A DNA stretch of 64,000 nucleotides, taken from NCBI RefSeq assembly GCF_006345805.1, contig NC_043002.1, positions 68,572,001 through 68,636,000 of the forward strand. The letters are read 5' to 3'. The DNA is from Octopus sinensis (lineage: Eukaryota). Shown here in pieces: positions 28,201 through 38,200 of the stretch (position 1 is the stretch's first letter; every line of letters begins with the position of its first letter). The translations under genes and the position numbers were made by a program. The notes beneath the pieces were generated by a model that ran no database searches, was not told the DNA's origin, and worked only from the letters and a program-made list of their open reading frames with translations.

Positions 28201-30787
28201 AAGCTGAAGTTGTCTGTGTATGGCAGGTTTGGTAGCCTTCAACTAACACTATCTCCTCCGAGACCCTGCAGTGCAAGTTGACCAAAATTGAGAGTATAAT
28301 AGAAGAAGGCTTGCTCTTCCTTCTGTAGAAGAAAAAATTCAAATCGGACCATGTTAACACCAAAAATTATTTACATCAAAAAGGTGCTTTTTTTCTATGA
28401 AAATCCCTATTTTTATGATTTTTTGACTGCCGTGTTGCCAATTTTTGGTGTATTTCAACCAGAAAACAAACCCAAGCAACGCCGGGCAATACTGCTAGTC
28501 TTTGATAAATTAACAATATCAATGACTAAATGAAGAACTTGGCTTCAAATTTTGAAGAGAGTTTTCTTGATTATATGGACCCCAGTACTTTTGTAATTCC
28601 ATACTGATCAACCAAAAGGATGAAAGGCAAAGTTGATCTTGGTAGGATTCAAAATAGGAATGTCAAAGTACCCAGCGAAATACCTCAAAACATTTTGTTC
28701 ATTCCTCTGTCAATTCTGCCAATACACTAAGGTGGATAGCTGGCAGAGTCGTTAGCACACCGGGCGAAATGCTTAGTGGTGTCTTGTTTGACTTTACGTT
28801 CTGAGTTCAAATTCCGTCGAGGCTGACTTTGCCTTTCATCCTTTCGGGGTTGATAAATTAAGTACCAGTTGCATACTGGGGTCAATCTAATCGACTGGCT
28901 TCCTCCCCCAAAATTTCAGGCCTTGTGCCTAGAGTAGAAAAGAATTCTGCCAATACGCTGCCCTATTGTAAATAATTATTAATATTAATATAGGCACAGG
29001 TGTGGCTGTGTGGTAAGTAGCTATAGGTGCAGGAGTAGCTGTTTGATAAGTAACTTGCATACCAACCACATGGTTCCAGGTTCAGTCCCACTGTATGGCA
29101 CCTTGGGCAAGTGTCTTCTACTATAGCCTCAGGCCAACCAAAGCCTTGTGAGTAGATTTTGTAGACGGAAACTGAAAGAAGCCCGTTGTATATATGTGTA
29201 TATATACGTGTGTCCGTGTTTGTTCCCGCAACATTGCTTGACAACTGATGCCGGTGTGTTTATGTCCCTGTAACCTAACAGTTCGGCACTGATAGAATAA
29301 GTACTAGGCTTACAAAGAATAAGCCCTAGGGTCAATTTGCTCAACTAAAGGCGGTGCTCCAGCATGGCCACAGTCAAATGACTGAAACAAGTAAAAGAAT
29401 AAACATACTTTAAAGTCAGCAAACTGGCAGAGTCGTTAGCACGCTAGGCATTTTGTCTGACTTTACATTCTGAGTTCAAATTCCACCGAGATGGACTTTG
29501 CCTTTCATCCTTTTGGGGTCAATAAAATAAGTAGCAATTGAGTACAGGCGTTGATATAATCAACTTACTCCCGTCCCCTGGAATTACCAGCCCTGTGCCA
29601 AAATTTGAAATCAATATTAACATACTTACATTGCAGGAGTAAGCATCACCAAGACATTCCTTCTTCGAATTATCATCATTTTTGTTAAACATAATTTTGA
29701 TGGGAAAAGACTTCTGAGTTGTTTCCAGGGCAAATCCAGAAAAACAACTATCTGTACAGTTCTATAAGATATAATTTGATATAATATAATATAATATAAT
29801 ATAATATAATATAATATTATATATATATAATATAAATAATATATAAATATACGCATATATATATACATATATGTACATTCCTACATATATATGTATATAT
29901 ACATGCATATATGGGTACAGGACATCAAGAAACGTTGAACACAATGAGAAACGAAAAAACAAAAACTTTTTTTGAAAAACAAAAAAAAACAAACAAACAA
30001 ACAAACAGAGAAACGAGACATGCAACATAAAGAATATTCCCCTTCATCAGTTGTCCCTGTTTGATCTACTCCGCGATTCGAAGGTAAGGACAATATGCGA
30101 CTTCGTTGAAACAGTCCTTTCCACAAAGCAAATTAAATAAAGTTTGGGATTTTTTGCAGAGGGTGAAAGTGGTAACAAGAACAGGACAGCGAGAACAAGA
30201 CAGTAAAAACAAATGGTGAGGGCTGCTAAGCCAAGACAATAGAAAAATTATTATGAACGCTGGGAGGACGAGCTATGAGAGGAGACAGGTATAAGCACGT
30301 GTTGTCTTTAAGAAAGAAATGGGCAAAATGATAGATTCCCTTTCGTCACGTGTCAGCGAATGAGAGAGTCAATGAAGAAGTGATATAGATAACCACTTTA
30401 TACAGAACCAATTAGCACTCTGACAGAGCTTCAGGAATTTAAAATTAAGAAGGAGAGAAGACAAATTCAAAGGTTGATGTATATATTCATTCAATCCATA
30501 TTAACGAAATTCTCCATAGTATACAATATACATACATAGATGCATTCATCTATATGATACATAAAAAATTTCTAAGTATTTATAAATACATACATATACA
30601 CGAAATTTTATAAATATATAAAAATTCATAGACATTTAAAAATTTATAAACACATAAAAATTCATAAATATAAATATATAAAAATATAGATGAATGCATC
30701 AATGTATGTATATTGTATACCATGGAGAATTTCGTTAATATGGATTGAATGAATATATACATAAACCTTTGAATTTATCTTTTCTCC

Positions 30788-30828
<41 letters not shown>

Positions 30829-30848
30829 TGTGTGTGTGTGTGTGTGTG

Positions 30849-30884
<36 letters not shown>

Positions 30885-33800
30885 CACATACTTAGTTTTT
30901 ATGTCATGTTATTCCATGTTCTCTGGATAAGTGCAGTTCAACAATTCATAATCTTGTACTTTTCTTTTCATTAACAGTCTATGTTTCAAGTGTTCAATGA
31001 AATCAGAGCCCATCTCTTTCTTAATCTACACACTACTTCTGACTTCTCATTCAATAGGTTCATCATCACTACACTGGTTATTCAAAAGAGTGTGAATTTC
31101 ATGCAATTCCAGAGTATTTTCTCAGTGTGGCTTACATGTTTGGGCTCATCTTATCTTTTTCTTTTCTACTTAACCCTGCTGTGTCCTGTCCCATTCTGTT
31201 TGCTATCACTGTACGTTTTTCATTTCCTCACCATCACTACAAGATGGGGTGGTACTACTGGGAGGGCCCCCATCTGTTTCTTAGTTATTGGTTCATGGCT
31301 CTGAGAATGAATCAATTTTTTTTTACTACTAAGGCGGCAAGCTGGCAGAAACATTAGCACGCAGGGCAAAATGCTTAGCGGCATTTCATCTGTCTTTACA
31401 TTCTGAGTTCAAATTCCGTCGAGGTTGACTTTGCTTTTCATCCTTTCGGGATCGATAAATTAAGTACCAGTTGATCTAATTGACTAGCCCCCTCCCCAAA
31501 AATTTCGAGCCTTGTGCCTAAAGTAGAAAAGAATTTTTTATTACTACCCTCAGAGTAGCAACCAGCAGTACTCTAGTGACAACAGTTTCAGGGACCAACA
31601 ATTGTTGTTGCTATTGCTGTTGTTTGTCATTTTCTTTCTTTATTAAACAAAAAAAGAAGAACCGCCCCAAAAGGGCAATTTGGGAAACTTCAGCGGTCCG
31701 ACTTGCCAGGAAGGAACGTCGGACTGCTGAACAGGAATACAAGTTGCATAAATCAGACACCAACAGGAAGAAGCGGAATAAATCCTCCAACCATCTCAAG
31801 CAAGTGACAAAAAATGCAGTGCTTGAATTTGAACAGTGCATAGCAGCCAATCCTGACAGCAAGGTTTTCTGGAAATATGTGCATTCAAAGCAGAGACTTC
31901 ACTCTCCAGTGGGCCCTCTTCGCAACCCTCACACGAACCAGATCACTGACGACCCCAAGGAATGCGCAGAACTCATTGCCGAGTGCTATGCAAACATATT
32001 CACTGTCGAAAGTCAAAATGTACCATCTTCACCATCACTAACAGCAAACTCCATAACAACTATGGAATTTACACCTGCAATGCTGCGACGTCACCTTCAA
32101 AATAAGCGCAACTATGCCTCCCCTGGTCTCGATGGAGTTACATACCTGCTTCTCAAACGTGGCAGGCACTTCCTTTTACACCAGCTTTCTATTTTCTTCC
32201 AGTACTGTCTCAACAATGGTGCTACTCCGGAGCAGTGGAAAACTGCCAGTGTCATTCCTCTGTTCAAAAAGGGTGACCGCACATCACCTGTCAACTATCG
32301 CCCAGTCAGTCTCACTAGCTGTATTGCAAAACTGATGGAATCGTGTGTCAGAGAAACACTCTGGAACTTCTGGAGCTCTCACAGTCTCATCCGACCCTCA
32401 CAATATGGATTTGTCCCTAACTCCAGCTGCAGTGACCAGCTTGTCGAGTTCCTTGAGGACATTACTCAGATCACTGACAGTGGCTCATGGGTGGATGTTG
32501 TCTACCTTGACTTTGCTAAGGCTTTCAACTCTGTGCCACACAAAAGGCTTATGGTGAAACTCTCTGCAATGGGTGTGGGGGATGACCTTTTTAACTGGTT
32601 GAAATCCTTCATCCTCAGCCGAAAGGAGGTAGTCACAGTTCTAGGACAGCACTCTACACCATATGAGATGTCATCGGGTGTACCACAGGGATCTGTCCTT
32701 GGTCCCCTCCTGTTTGTGGCATACATTAATGACATAGATGCCAATTTAAAGAATGCCACAGTATTGAAATATGCAGACGACATCAAGCTGTACCTTGAAA
32801 TCAAGAGGACTGATCCTGATGTCTACAACTCTTTCCTGCAATCAGACCTAGACACAATGCAGCAATGGATCACAGACTGGCAACTGAAACTGGCTGTGGA
32901 CAAGTGTACCACCATGCATTTTGGGAGAAAAAACCCTGCGTCCACATACTCCCTCCACAACACTGATATCAAGAAATCCTCTTGCGAGCGTGACCTAGGC
33001 ATCACTGTCAGCAGTGATTTGCGTTGGACAAAGCATATCTCTAAAATTGTCAAGAAGGCCGAGGGTGTCTTGGCATCACTCAGCAAGACTTTTGTTAACC
33101 GCTCTCCAGCCATCTATTTAAAACTGTATACAGCTATGGTACGACCACACTTGGAATTCGCATCATCAGTTTGGAATCCCTATCTTGCTCAGAACATTGA
33201 CCTCCTGGAATCTGTCCAGAGACGTGCAACCAAACGCATACCCTCCATCAGACACCTACCATATTCTGAGCGCCTTGTTTCCCTGGGCATGGATTCACTG
33301 AAACTCCGGCGTCTGGCGACGGACTTGGTAAACACCCACAAGGTTATCAACCACCTCACCAACAACAACACTGAACACCTTTTTGATCTCCATGTGTCTA
33401 ACACACGTGGACATGCCTACAAAGTCAGAAAACAGCACAGCTCCCATGACTTTCGGAAACATTTTTTCACGCTCAGGGTTGCTGAAGCGTGGAATAAACT
33501 GCCTGCATCAGTTGTTGACTGCCATGACACTGCATCCTTTAAGGCCCTCATGCTTCCCGAAATCCGTCGAAACTACACCTGATTATATATACACTTTAGA
33601 TGAGTTGTAGTGCACCTGAGCACTGTACACAATTATTATTATTATTATTATAAGAATCCTCTGACTAGTCAGCCTTCAAGTGGCTTTTACTACCACATCC
33701 ATAGCAGCAAGACTTTCAGCTATACTTAACTAATCTAATTATTTGTCTTTCTGTACACAATATAGTTATATAATTATCCTGGGTGTTTTTGTGGTCTATG

Positions 33801-36800
33801 GGGTAGAATTTATTAGGACCTGCCTGAATGAAAACTATGTAACTCACCTGTTTGTCAACTAAAATGATATTTCCTTTCCAAGCAAGGTTCTGTGGAATTG
33901 TCACTTGATCCAAAGATGGTAGGCAGTCTACAGCCCAAACCTCCAATAATACATCAATGTTGTTAGGGTTATTCACATCTTTTCCAGTATCAGGTACGTA
34001 AATGATGAAGATGCTGGCACACAGCCACAACTGATAGCGTTTGAGAACACCATGTAAGACTGGCAGAATGCTTTAGAAAGGAAACAGATAATTTCATACA
34101 ATCAGTATATAATTTACACAGCAGGAATAAGATTAGATTTATCTCTTCATTTACAAATTAGTATGTGTTGTGGAAGAAGTCTGACCACCCCACCAAGTGA
34201 CTGAAGGTGGACTGTCTCGTTATAAAGTAAAGAACTGTGAGCAATTGGCAGTTTGGGTTGGTAGCAGTACACTGTGAGTCATTGATATAGAGCATTGAGT
34301 CTTGTGTAATATATCTATATATTGGTCAAATTATCATCATCATTTAACGTCTGTTTTCTGCGCTAGCACAGGTTGGACGGTTCGACCGGGGTCTGGGAAG
34401 CCAGGGGCTGCACCAGGCTCCAGTCTGATCTGGCAGTGTTTCTACAGCTGGATGCCCTTCCTAACGCCAACCACTCCGCGAGTGTAGTGGGTGCTTTTTA
34501 TGTGCCACCGGCACAGGTGCGAGGTGAGTCTGGCATCGGCCACGATCGGTTGGTGCTTTTAACGTGCCACCGGCACGTAAGCCAGTCAAGGCGGCGCTGG
34601 CATCGGCCACGTTTGGATGGTGCTTTTTATGTGCCACCGGCACAGAAGCCAGTTAAGGCGGCGCTGGCATCGGCAACGTTCAGATGGTGCTTTTTATGTG
34701 CCACTGACACAGGTATCACAACTACTATTTCCATTGATATTTATTTCGATGTTCATGTACTTGACTCAATAGGTCTCCTGAAGCACAGCAGGATGTTCTG
34801 GTATCCAAGGTACTTTAAATGGGCAGGGGCTATGCGGGACTGGTGCAGGAAGCAGCCCAAATATTATTATACATTCTAGGTGATAAAATGTATAATTAAC
34901 TTTATTTTTTTTTTAAATAATTAGGCAGCAATTTGCCTTATGCTTTAATCTTTTTGTTATAATATTTCAGCTGAAATTCACTGTAAAGTGAGAATAACAT
35001 CCTATGTAAACTGAAGCCAAGAGAAATAGCAACAACAATAAAGAAGTAAAAAGTAACTAAGAAGAGTTAAATGTGTATACTTACTCATCATCAAGGTCAG
35101 ACACCTCTGAGAAGTCAACAATAATGTCCACAATACTTCCTACAACATAAATATAAACAATCTTTGTACACGAGATAGAAATATGGTAAATACTACTTTC
35201 ATTATAAGTAGATATTTTGTACATATTGTCTGTATATAGTTTATATATACTGTATATTGATGAATAACTTTTGTGTAGAGAAGTAAACATTTTGAGCATA
35301 TCTATGGTGTGCATTGCATGTACATTTTGAATCATCCTCATTCTTTAACAACTGTAGTCCATGCTGGCATGGGTTAGATGGTTTGATCAGAGCTGGCAAG
35401 TCGGTGAGATGTGCCATGTTTCAGTCTGATCTGACACGGTTTCTAAGGTTGGATGCCCTTCATAACACAAACCCCTTTACAGTGTGTGCTGGGTGCTTTT
35501 AACGTGGCTCAGCACAAGCGCTGCCAAGTGGGGCCGGCATGAGTACCTTTTGCATGGTTCCAGAGTTTTGTTTTGATGAGGAGGTTTTTCCCTCTTTCTC
35601 AAAAACTGTCATTACTTTTGAGACAGTACTTCTTGACACACCAAACATTTTGGGTGTTTTTGTTACGATAGTGCCTGCCATACAAGCACCAACAATTTGA
35701 CCTCTTTGAAAGTCTGATAGATCTGTCATTTTAATGAATTTTAATTACCTTTTTCTGATGATATCTGGGAAGAAACAGCAATTTTAGCAAAACATATTAA
35801 GCAACACTAATAATAAATCAAAAGACAAAAAATATACAAGCTTTTGACAGTTTTATAGATAATTCAAAATTATGATGCCATGATGCTAAGTATTTTGTCC
35901 AACCCCTGTATATATACAAGGGTAATCCCAAAAGTAAGGTCTTCAAAAATATTTAGAAATCACAGAAACATTTATTGTCATTTGTGCTTACATCATTTTA
36001 AAGTGTGAACATTTATCTATTTTTCTACATAATCACCATTTCAGTCGATGCATTTTTGTAGGCACTGGGGAAGTTTTTGTATGCCCATATAGCAGCTAAC
36101 TGCCATGTCGTTGAGGAAGCAATAAACCTTATCTTTCACCTCGTCATCATTGCTGAAGCGCATTCCAGCCAAATGTTCTTTCAACCTAGGGAACAGGTGG
36201 TAGTCACTGAGTGCCAAGTCTGGACTATAAGGTGGGTTGCCATTTAGTCTTCTGCAAGCATTTGTGGGACCCATCTTGCACACACTTTACAATATTGCAA
36301 CTTTTCCCTCAAAACCTATGAATGGTGCTTCGAGAAACCTCAGGAACCAAAATGCGGAGATCATCCAGAGTGATCTGCCAATTTTTATGCAGGATTTGCT
36401 CAACCTTTGCGACTGTCTTGTCGGAAATTGATGGTCGCCCACTTCTTTCTTTGTCATGAATTTCAGTATGACCAATTGCAAACTTCCGGACGTTTTTGAC
36501 ATCCATGCATGACTTGCCATATACTTCTGTTAATTGGCAATGAATTTCAATCGGTTTAATGCCTTTTGCATTCAAAAACCGAATAACTGTGTGAACTTCA
36601 CATTTGGCAGTAGTGTCAATCAGGAGGTCCATCAGATTCAACTGCCAAGCCAAGACTGAGCATGGCAGTGAGGCACAACAAACACAAGTACTGCCAATAG
36701 CCTCCTTCGAAAACAAAAGCTTAACAGCTTTTATAGACACAATAAAAATTAATGGAAAAGAAATGAAGATATTGCTGAGCATTAGCATCATGAACATACA

Positions 36801-38200
36801 AGAACCTCCTAATCCTAGAAAACAAAAGAATTGATCTCCTTACCTGCTAAAGGTAAATTATCAGCTATTCTATGGAGCAAATCACAAAGATTTTCTCTGT
36901 ACTTGTTGTCCTCTTCATTTCTGTGAACAGAAATGGAGAATTTCATAATGACATTTTATAAAACAGTTTCCATGTTAGTATATTTTTGTCTCAGCAAAAT
37001 AGATAATAAGGCAAAATTCTGAAAGACAGGAAAATAGTCAATTACATCACTCCTAGTACACTACTGATGTGTGGTTAAACTACTCAGAATGACAAAGAAA
37101 AAGATAACTGTTTATGCCAGTTGGATTTGAACTCAGAACACTAAAGGGAACAAAGTTAAATATCTTAAAACACTTTACTGATGTTGCCAACTTACTGTAT
37201 GTTATATTCAATTATACTAAACACCATCATCATCATCATTTAACATCCGTTTTCCATGCTAGCGTGGGTTGGACGGTTCGACTGGGGTCTGGGAAGCCAG
37301 GAGGCTGCACCAGGCTCCAATCTGATCTGGCAGTGTTTCTACAGCTGGATACTCTTCCTAACGCCAACCACTCTGTAAGTGTAGTGGGTGCTTTTTACGT
37401 ACCACCGGCACAGGGGCCAGAGGAGGCTGGCAACAGCCATGATCGGTTGGTGCTTTTTACGTGCCACCGGCACAGACGCCAATCAAAGCTGTGCTGGCAT
37501 CGGCCACATTTGGATGGTGCTTTTTATGTGCCACCGGCATGGGTATCACAACTACAATTTCCATTTGATTTTTATTTTGATGTTGATGTACTTCACTCAA
37601 CAGGTCTCCTCATTGATGAAAATAATATTGATACAAAAAACAAAAATAAAAACTAACAACTAAATGAGTAAGCTAATGTAATGAAATCTTATCCCAAACA
37701 CAAAACCAATTATTTGATTTAGCCAAGGTAGTGGAAATAACTTCAACCTATGCTTGAAGGTTTGGCAATAAAATTATTTACTCTACTCAGATTCAGGTAT
37801 TTCTCTACTGCATGCCACCAAAACACCAATAGGGGAGTCTACACATGGTTATTTGACTTGCTAGAATTAGTAACCAAATCTCCCTCAAATTACACCCTAC
37901 AATCTTAAGAAGAGCAAGTACAATATTTGATATCTAAGGGATAGTCAGGGCTGACAAGCCTTTGGTTAAAGGTTTGAATTTTTGGTACTGACCTAGGGCT
38001 TAATAACAGAAAAAAAATGCAAGGGTCCCAAACACAAAACAAAACTAAACAACACTATATACAAGTTTCAATATTATTATGAAAAATATTCTTTGGTTGG
38101 TTTACCCTTGAAGAGAAGATGATTCTTGCGGATATAAGTCATCTGGTGTTGTGGTACTGGTTACAGGGATCCATACATTATTAGGGTTTGCTGGCAAACA
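968..38200 (-). CDS. MTBP: MTBP / Mdm2-binding protein (Sld7-like, Treslin partner): spliced gene span of the supported exons; the 5' end lies further upstream and is unresolved
   Basis: Exons join in frame at canonical splice sites. The peptide resembles human MTBP as I remember it: [18 protein letters not shown] (~LHQLSDKLPAPGRAMVDII), [15 protein letters not shown] (~LPTVGALKHLREW), LAWKGNI (~LWRGKI), [12 protein letters not shown] (~EWPERHVLQNLE), [14 protein letters not shown]...[15 protein letters not shown] (~SRSQKHTRILKEVV...FTACSQRLFEISKFY). Confidence 0.88.
1248..1313 (-). CDS. MTBP: MTBP exon [22 protein letters not shown]
   Basis: ttataattcag| ... |gtgagt; 66 nt, phase 0-0; resembles [22 protein letters not shown]. 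Confidence 0.88.
1500..1822 (+). mobile_element. Family D copy
   Basis: Ends ggacgttaaatgatgatg. Other copies at 3205-3495(-), 3905-4090(-), 17040-17510(+), 20410-20852(+), 37220-37610(-), 39105-39530(-), 44735-45295(-) and 54785-55135(-). Confidence 0.8.
3527..3706. repeat. Near-perfect palindrome (arms about 77 nt, 26-nt loop)
   Basis: 3527-3603 is the reverse complement of 3630-3706 with one mismatch seen. Confidence 0.9.
3791..3905. repeat. (TA)n/(CA)n microsatellite (one of many: 7245, 30795, 45300, 49710, 52742)
   Basis: Seen directly. Confidence 0.95.
4501..4614 (-). CDS. MTBP: MTBP exon [38 protein letters not shown]
   Basis: catctgtag| ... |gtaaat; 114 nt, phase 0-0; conserved C-terminal domain. 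Confidence 0.9.
4945..5160 (+). mobile_element. SINE family A (Meta/MESC-like)
   Basis: Full head-to-tail copy ending agtagaaaagaat. Confidence 0.8.
6400..6940 (-). mobile_element. RTE-clade LINE ORF2 C-terminal fragment, frameshifted
   Basis: [23 protein letters not shown] and [22 protein letters not shown] (zinc finger). Confidence 0.85.
8465..8723 (-). CDS. MTBP: MTBP exon [16 protein letters not shown]...[11 protein letters not shown]
   Basis: tctctaatcatag| ... |gtatgt; 259 nt, phase 2-0; overlaps ORF 8291..8689. Confidence 0.88.
13080..13430 (+). mobile_element. Degenerate LINE 3' end
   Basis: [14 protein letters not shown]...[10 protein letters not shown]-like reading. Confidence 0.45.
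13635..13817 (-). CDS. MTBP: MTBP exon [29 protein letters not shown]...SLRIK
   Basis: cttctggtttccag| ... |gtaagt; 183 nt, phase 2-2. Confidence 0.87.
13860..14460. repeat. Decayed minisatellite, unit about 30 bp (acagacatgtggtagt...acaatataac)
   Basis: Recurrent acatgtggta and acaatataac motifs, split by a SINE. Confidence 0.55.
14090..14302 (+). mobile_element. SINE family A inserted into a decayed minisatellite
   Basis: Same consensus; flanks are acagacatgtgg units. Confidence 0.75.
14586..14686 (-). CDS. MTBP: MTBP exon [33 protein letters not shown](C)
   Basis: tattcttatag| ... |gtaact; 101 nt, phase 0-2. Confidence 0.85.
16766..16857 (-). CDS. MTBP: MTBP exon (D)[30 protein letters not shown]
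   Basis: cttttatctcag| ... |gtatga; 92 nt, phase 1-0; resembles ELLKYFTSDGLPIGDLQPL. Confidence 0.86.
18393..18527 (-). CDS. MTBP: MTBP exon (E)[23 protein letters not shown]...YVPLQ
   Basis: cactatttcaag| ... |gtaagt; 135 nt, phase 1-1. Confidence 0.88.
19704..20095 (-). mobile_element. SINE family C
   Basis: Reverse-complement full copy. Others at 21730-22090, 24300-25080, 28993-29403, 39848-40255 (+) and 52190-52520 (-). Confidence 0.8.
20148..20312 (-). CDS. MTBP: MTBP exon (D)[32 protein letters not shown]...RCQLS
   Basis: ctttttatttag| ... |gtaagc; 165 nt, phase 1-1. Confidence 0.86.
21163..21492 (-). CDS. MTBP: MTBP exon (D)[19 protein letters not shown]...[29 protein letters not shown]
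   Basis: ttctattgttccag| ... |gtattg; 330 nt, phase 1-1; inside ORF 21068..21751. Confidence 0.88.
22469..22772 (+). mobile_element. tRNA-headed SINE, family B
   Basis: tggaggcacatggcctagtggttagagc head (A box) with a B-box-like segment; near-duplicate at 47428-47710; related heads at 479-712(+) and 11450-11843(-). Confidence 0.75.
23019..23136 (-). CDS. MTBP: MTBP exon [39 protein letters not shown]
   Basis: ttctatattaccag| ... |gtaagt; 118 nt, phase 0-1; WKEYI motif. Confidence 0.88.
24401..24840 (+). mobile_element. 3' fragment of the same CR1 family, inserted within a CORE-type SINE
   Basis: Matches 33219-33650 apart from about 11 substitutions in the coding part; same (ATT)n tail; interrupts the SINE between gaaagaagcc and atgtatatatgtg. 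Confidence 0.93.
25318..25398. repeat. Compound (GGT)n(GAT)n(GTA)n trinucleotide repeat
   Basis: Seen directly. Confidence 0.9.
25648..25711 (-). CDS. MTBP: MTBP exon [21 protein letters not shown] (follows the U12-type intron)
   Basis: ttccataactcgcagccag|T GTA ... CAA|gtaagt; 64 nt, phase 2-0. Confidence 0.8.
25712..26493 (-). other. U12-type (minor spliceosome) GT-AG intron
   Basis: 5' splice site GTATCCTTT; branch-site-like TTCCATAAC (25722-25730) ends 10 nt before the 3' AG junction; no long polypyrimidine tract. Confidence 0.8.
26494..26588 (-). CDS. MTBP: MTBP exon [31 protein letters not shown](L)
   Basis: attttttaacag| ... CT|gtatccttt; 95 nt, phase 0-2. Confidence 0.85.
27664..27899 (-). 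mobile_element. SINE family A with a 15-bp TSD, nested in a CORE-type SINE
   Basis: gcttctttcagtttc at 27649-27663 and 27900-27914. Confidence 0.85.
28186..28498 (+). mobile_element. Short non-autonomous Helitron
   Basis: TC(AT)n AAAGCTG start; 3' cccaagcaacgccgggcaatactgCTAG|T, shared with the 43590 element. Confidence 0.75.
28726..28942 (+). mobile_element. SINE family A with a 14-bp TSD, nested in an older antisense copy
   Basis: aattctgccaatac at 28712-28725 and 28943-28956. Confidence 0.85.
29630..29761 (-). CDS. MTBP: MTBP exon [44 protein letters not shown]
   Basis: attatatcttatag| ... |gtaagt; 132 nt, phase 0-0. Confidence 0.82.
30463..30776. repeat. Long inverted repeat (92-nt arms, about 130-nt AT-rich spacer)
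   Basis: 30463-30554 vs 30685-30776, three mismatches seen. Confidence 0.9.
31330..31535 (+). mobile_element. SINE family A
   Basis: Consensus match. Further copies near 10430-10650(-), 38787-38955(-), 41945-42140(-), 51775-51985(-), 59795-60015(-) and 61750-61870(-). Confidence 0.78.
31650..33650 (+). mobile_element. CR1-clade LINE, 5'-truncated ORF2 with an uninterrupted reverse transcriptase frame, short 3' UTR and (ATT)n tail
   Basis: ORF 31576..33582 contains [76 protein letters not shown] and AWNKLP; no APE endonuclease; ends cactgtacacaattattattatt. Antisense inside an MTBP intron. Confidence 0.95.
33848..34070 (-). CDS. MTBP: MTBP exon [23 protein letters not shown]...[13 protein letters not shown]
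   Basis: tttcctttctaaag| ... |gtgagt; 223 nt, phase 2-0. Confidence 0.88.
34330..34860 (-). mobile_element. RTE 3'-UTR-derived repeat (family D) with an internal 62-67-bp hairpin array
   Basis: (CAT)n + gtttaacgtccg..ccatgctagcatgggttggacgg..ctggatgcccttcctaacgccaacc; the most abundant repeat in the window. Confidence 0.8.
35085..35139 (-). CDS. MTBP: MTBP exon (G)[17 protein letters not shown](D)
   Basis: tttatgttgtag| ... |gtaagt; 55 nt, phase 1-2. Confidence 0.87.
35545..35908 (-). mobile_element. Tc1-like transposon 5' relic
   Basis: Terminus TA|CAGGGGTTGGACAAAATA; [18 protein letters not shown]...[10 protein letters not shown] (paired-like HTH). Confidence 0.82.
35917..36660 (-). mobile_element. 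Degenerate mariner transposon with an internal deletion
   Basis: Peptides [23 protein letters not shown]...ERSGRPS (HTH) and [22 protein letters not shown]; most of the DDD core is missing; TIR-like end tacaagggtaatcccaaaagtaagg at a TA. Confidence 0.88.
36844..36920 (-). CDS. MTBP: MTBP exon [25 protein letters not shown](G)
   Basis: atttctgttcacag| ... |gtaagg; 77 nt, phase 2-1. Confidence 0.88.
38106..38200 (-). CDS. MTBP: MTBP exon [31 protein letters not shown](G)
   Basis: ctttattttccag| ... |gtaaac; 95 nt, phase 0-2, compatible with the next exon. Confidence 0.75.

Noticed and set aside
30040-30075. CTGATGA on the minus strand in a Penelope-like relic
   Set aside because: No GAAA follows the putative helix II.
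31576-31650. N-terminal extension of the 668-aa ORF
   Set aside because: It starts at a GTG in low-complexity flank (CCYCCC, FSFFI); LINE similarity begins only after about 31650.
34490-34715. CRISPR-like repeat-spacer appearance
   Set aside because: The spacers are homologous to each other, the array sits inside a dispersed eukaryotic retroposon, and there are no cas genes.
36661-36797. Hydrophobic N-terminus of ORF 36309..36797
   Set aside because: Read-through from intron sequence; only the part from [10 protein letters not shown] onward is transposase-like.
37114-37656. 180-aa ORF (similar ORFs at 34373..34879, 3249..3584, 44664..45134)
   Set aside because: Chance open frames through family D repeats; the same pseudo-peptide recurs in many copies.
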